Assembly (NCBI GenBank): GCA_977862235.1
Contig: OZ374557.1
Coordinates: 620,001 to 684,000, forward strand
Reading direction: 5' to 3'
DNA from: Dudresnaya verticillata
Taxonomy: Eukaryota
DNA: 64,000 bases
Shown here: one piece after another, positions 61,694 through 64,000 of the stretch
Numbering within the stretch: position 1 is the first letter of the stretch
Layout of the letters: each line of letters begins with the position of its first letter
The notes under the pieces: model-generated
What the model was told of the DNA's origin: nothing
Database searches by the model: none
The model's input: only the letters and a program-made list of their open reading frames with translations
Made by a program: the position numbers and the translations under genes

Positions 61694-62465
61694 TGTAGTA
61701 TAGACATCGGGTCGATCCGACGTCTGATACTTGCTGGTCCGAAGCCGCCACACAGACCTGTCGATGGGTAGCTGTTGGGGTTGGTAGAGCGGTGTCGGCC
61801 GCGTGCGCCCCGGAGGTGCCGATCGACGGCGTCGATGCCGGAGCGCGCACGGGGCGTACCGTACGCGGGTAGGCAGCGGCCGGATCCCAGCGTCCCTGTC
61901 GAAGGGCGGCACGAAGCCGACGGAAAGGAAAAGGAAAGGGGAAAGCCTAGCGAGGCAAGGGGAAAAAGGGAAACCGCCCGCTGGCGTAAGGCAAAGGGAT
62001 CGAATCCGAAAAGGCTGGGGGCAAGCTTCAGCGCGAGCTGTTGCTTGCCCGCTTTACTGAGCCGTCGATGGCCGACGGTCTTAAATACCCTCCACTATGT
62101 GCACTACGACTACTTGTACAGTAGGTGCGCCCCACAACACCAAAGCGGGAGGTGTGCGCGCGCGCCTATACACGTGTCGACACGTCCGGGTAACGGTTAC
62201 CCGTGGGCGCGCGCGGGGCGTAACGGGCAGCGGCCCTCTCAACAGCTCGATGCCGGAGAGCGTCACAGGGGCGCACCGTGTGCGGCACGGCGCGCGGCCG
62301 CTGCCGGTAGCAATGCGGTCGACCGCTACTAATTCAACGAAAAAACTAAGGGCACGCTGCCCAACCACGACTCGCCAGCGGGCGTCATTGTGTGCACCCC
62401 TACAGTGCAAGGCTGCCAGCATACCTTACAGCCGCTGCTGGTAGGGTGCTGACAGCTATACTACA
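61694..62465 (-). repeat. 5' LTR of family D
   Basis: TGTAGTATAG...CTATACTACA perfect 10-bp inverted termini; homologous to 37367-38138. Confidence 0.92.
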
Positions 62466-64000
62466 TAGACGTTGAAACGAATCGAGGAAGTGCGTTCCTC
62501 TGGCCGTGCACGTGACGGCGACCCAGGTTTCTGAACCGGGTAGTAAGTTAGTTGTTTGGGCAACTCTCACGAGTCGCGAGTTAGGTAGGGGAGGTACCTC
62601 CATGGGCTCGCCAGAGTTCGTGGCTCTCGGGATACCGCACCGACGTCGTAGAATCGGGAGTACCGAGCCATCCCGTAGCGCGATGTGTTGCTTGCGTACA
62701 CGCAACGCTTCGACGTGGGTATCGATACAGCTCATCCTAAGGTCATATCAACGGCTAATGCCTTGAATACGACGAACGGTTGTTGTACCGTGTAGGAGCC
62801 AATTATGACGGTCAGGGAGATCATTCCCATAGTTGTTAAGCGGTGACTTGACGCGGATGTCAAATTCACGATCGATCGGGTCGAAGATATCTTCTTCCGT
62901 TCTTTCAAAGGGAGTGCGTCGGCTCGGATGAGATTTGGGCCCGCCCCAGTGTCCAAGACTGAGAGCACTTGAGTACGTTTTTCAACAGAAATCCCCACGG
63001 ACGCGACAACTTTATAGTTGTATCTCGAAAGAGAGCAAACTGGGTCCTTAACATACTCATGATACTTATACCCGGGAGGTAGGCCCACGGGGGCGTTCTA
63101 AAATCTTCTTTGGAAGAGAAGGCGGGGTTTCCCGCGACACCGATCGGTTGGTAGAGGAGAAGCTTAAGAAGTCACTTTCCTCTGAACGATCGGGGGTTCC
63201 GATACGACTGGGGTTGCCCAGTGAACCGAGACCGGTTCCCCCTAGCTAGTTTTTCGCCCTGCTAGCAGGCGACCGCGGAAGCGGTGGAGGCGGCGGAAGG
63301 GTTCGTGACCCTGGTCTTGGCGAGCGTGGCGCCGACGGTGGGTGTCTGGGAGTGTCAACCGGGTGATTAAGTCCCGCTTGGAATTGGACATGTCCGTTCC
63401 TGCCTGGGGTTGACCCCAAATTTTGATGCCTGCCTAGCGGCGGCCCACTGGCCCATCCTGACGATGCGTAGTCGCGGTGGGCCCCACGGGTATATCCGTT
63501 TGCGAACTCGGGTAGGCGCCCTATGGTGGCTAACCATGTCTTTTGCTCGCGCGACAGGTGATAAAACTGTCGGCGTTTTAGCGCCTCAAATGATGGTTCA
63601 TCCGTGCGAGCCAGATATGGGCAATTCGGTTTTTTGTGGCCCACGCCATAGCACTCGAAACGTCATCAGACTCCTGAATCATCGTGTCCATTTCAGAAGA
63701 AATCTTCTCGATGTAGACATCCTTGCGTAAGTACGCAGGAGGTAATTAATGGCTTCCGGCGACTCATTGAAACCACCATTGTCGTCGCCTGTGGCATCGA
63801 AATTGGCTTCGAACATGTCCTTAGCGTATTTTTCCAAGAACTCTGGGATAACCAGAATGGCAGCGCCTTCACTAACTTGGGTTTGATCCAACTGTCGTTT
63901 CAACGTGGCCAGAAAGCCAATTATGGAAACTCGGTCACTCCCATCAGAGCGGCGACTCCTCATTACGGATTTAACCCGTTTAATCTTCTTGGACGTGGCT
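62466..64000 (-). mobile_element. Third gypsy element: gag C-half and protease, cut by the family D LTR, continuing beyond the window
   Basis: SEGAA, PEAINYLLRTY, CYG..GHKKPNC knuckle, VLDTGAGPNLI. Confidence 0.88.

Larger units (their letters stand above)
37367..62465 (-). mobile_element. Outer Ty3/gypsy chromovirus (family D), host of the nested element 46701-60049
   Basis: Two LTRs, PBS 61675-61692, PPT 38139-38150, gag, pol, chromodomain; flanks (GAGCC / TAGAC) are not a clean TSD. Confidence 0.9.

Overview
Eukaryotic, transposon-dominated window. Intronless plant-type TOP6B, an intronless homeobox gene and a dense chromovirus load suggest a red-algal or similar algal nuclear genome (inference only). 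Host genes are a frameshifted TOP6B (2574-4620), a disrupted UPF1/SEN1-like SF1 helicase (9442-13718, minus) and one intact multi-homeodomain transcription factor (33235-34953). The rest is mostly mobile DNA. A complete 13.3-kb Ty3/gypsy chromovirus (46701-60049, TSD ATCAC) sits inside the gag of a second chromovirus (37367-62465), which abuts a third gypsy element. There are also four TSD-bounded solo LTRs (two nested inside a third), a Ty1/copia element with a half-tRNAiMet-type PBS, a KDZ-like transposase relic, a SWIM-finger relic and an internally deleted Crypton-like tyrosine recombinase element. Most notable: (1) the gypsy LTR families carry short boxes near their 3' ends complementary, in colinear order, to the anticodon arm, D-arm and D-stem start of tRNA-Tyr, the same tRNA their PBS matches; (2) both chromoviruses carry long, mutually unrelated antisense ORFs between chromodomain and PPT; (3) the homeobox protein has two His51 homeodomains plus a third degenerate one. 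All calls were made by eye; no database searches were run.
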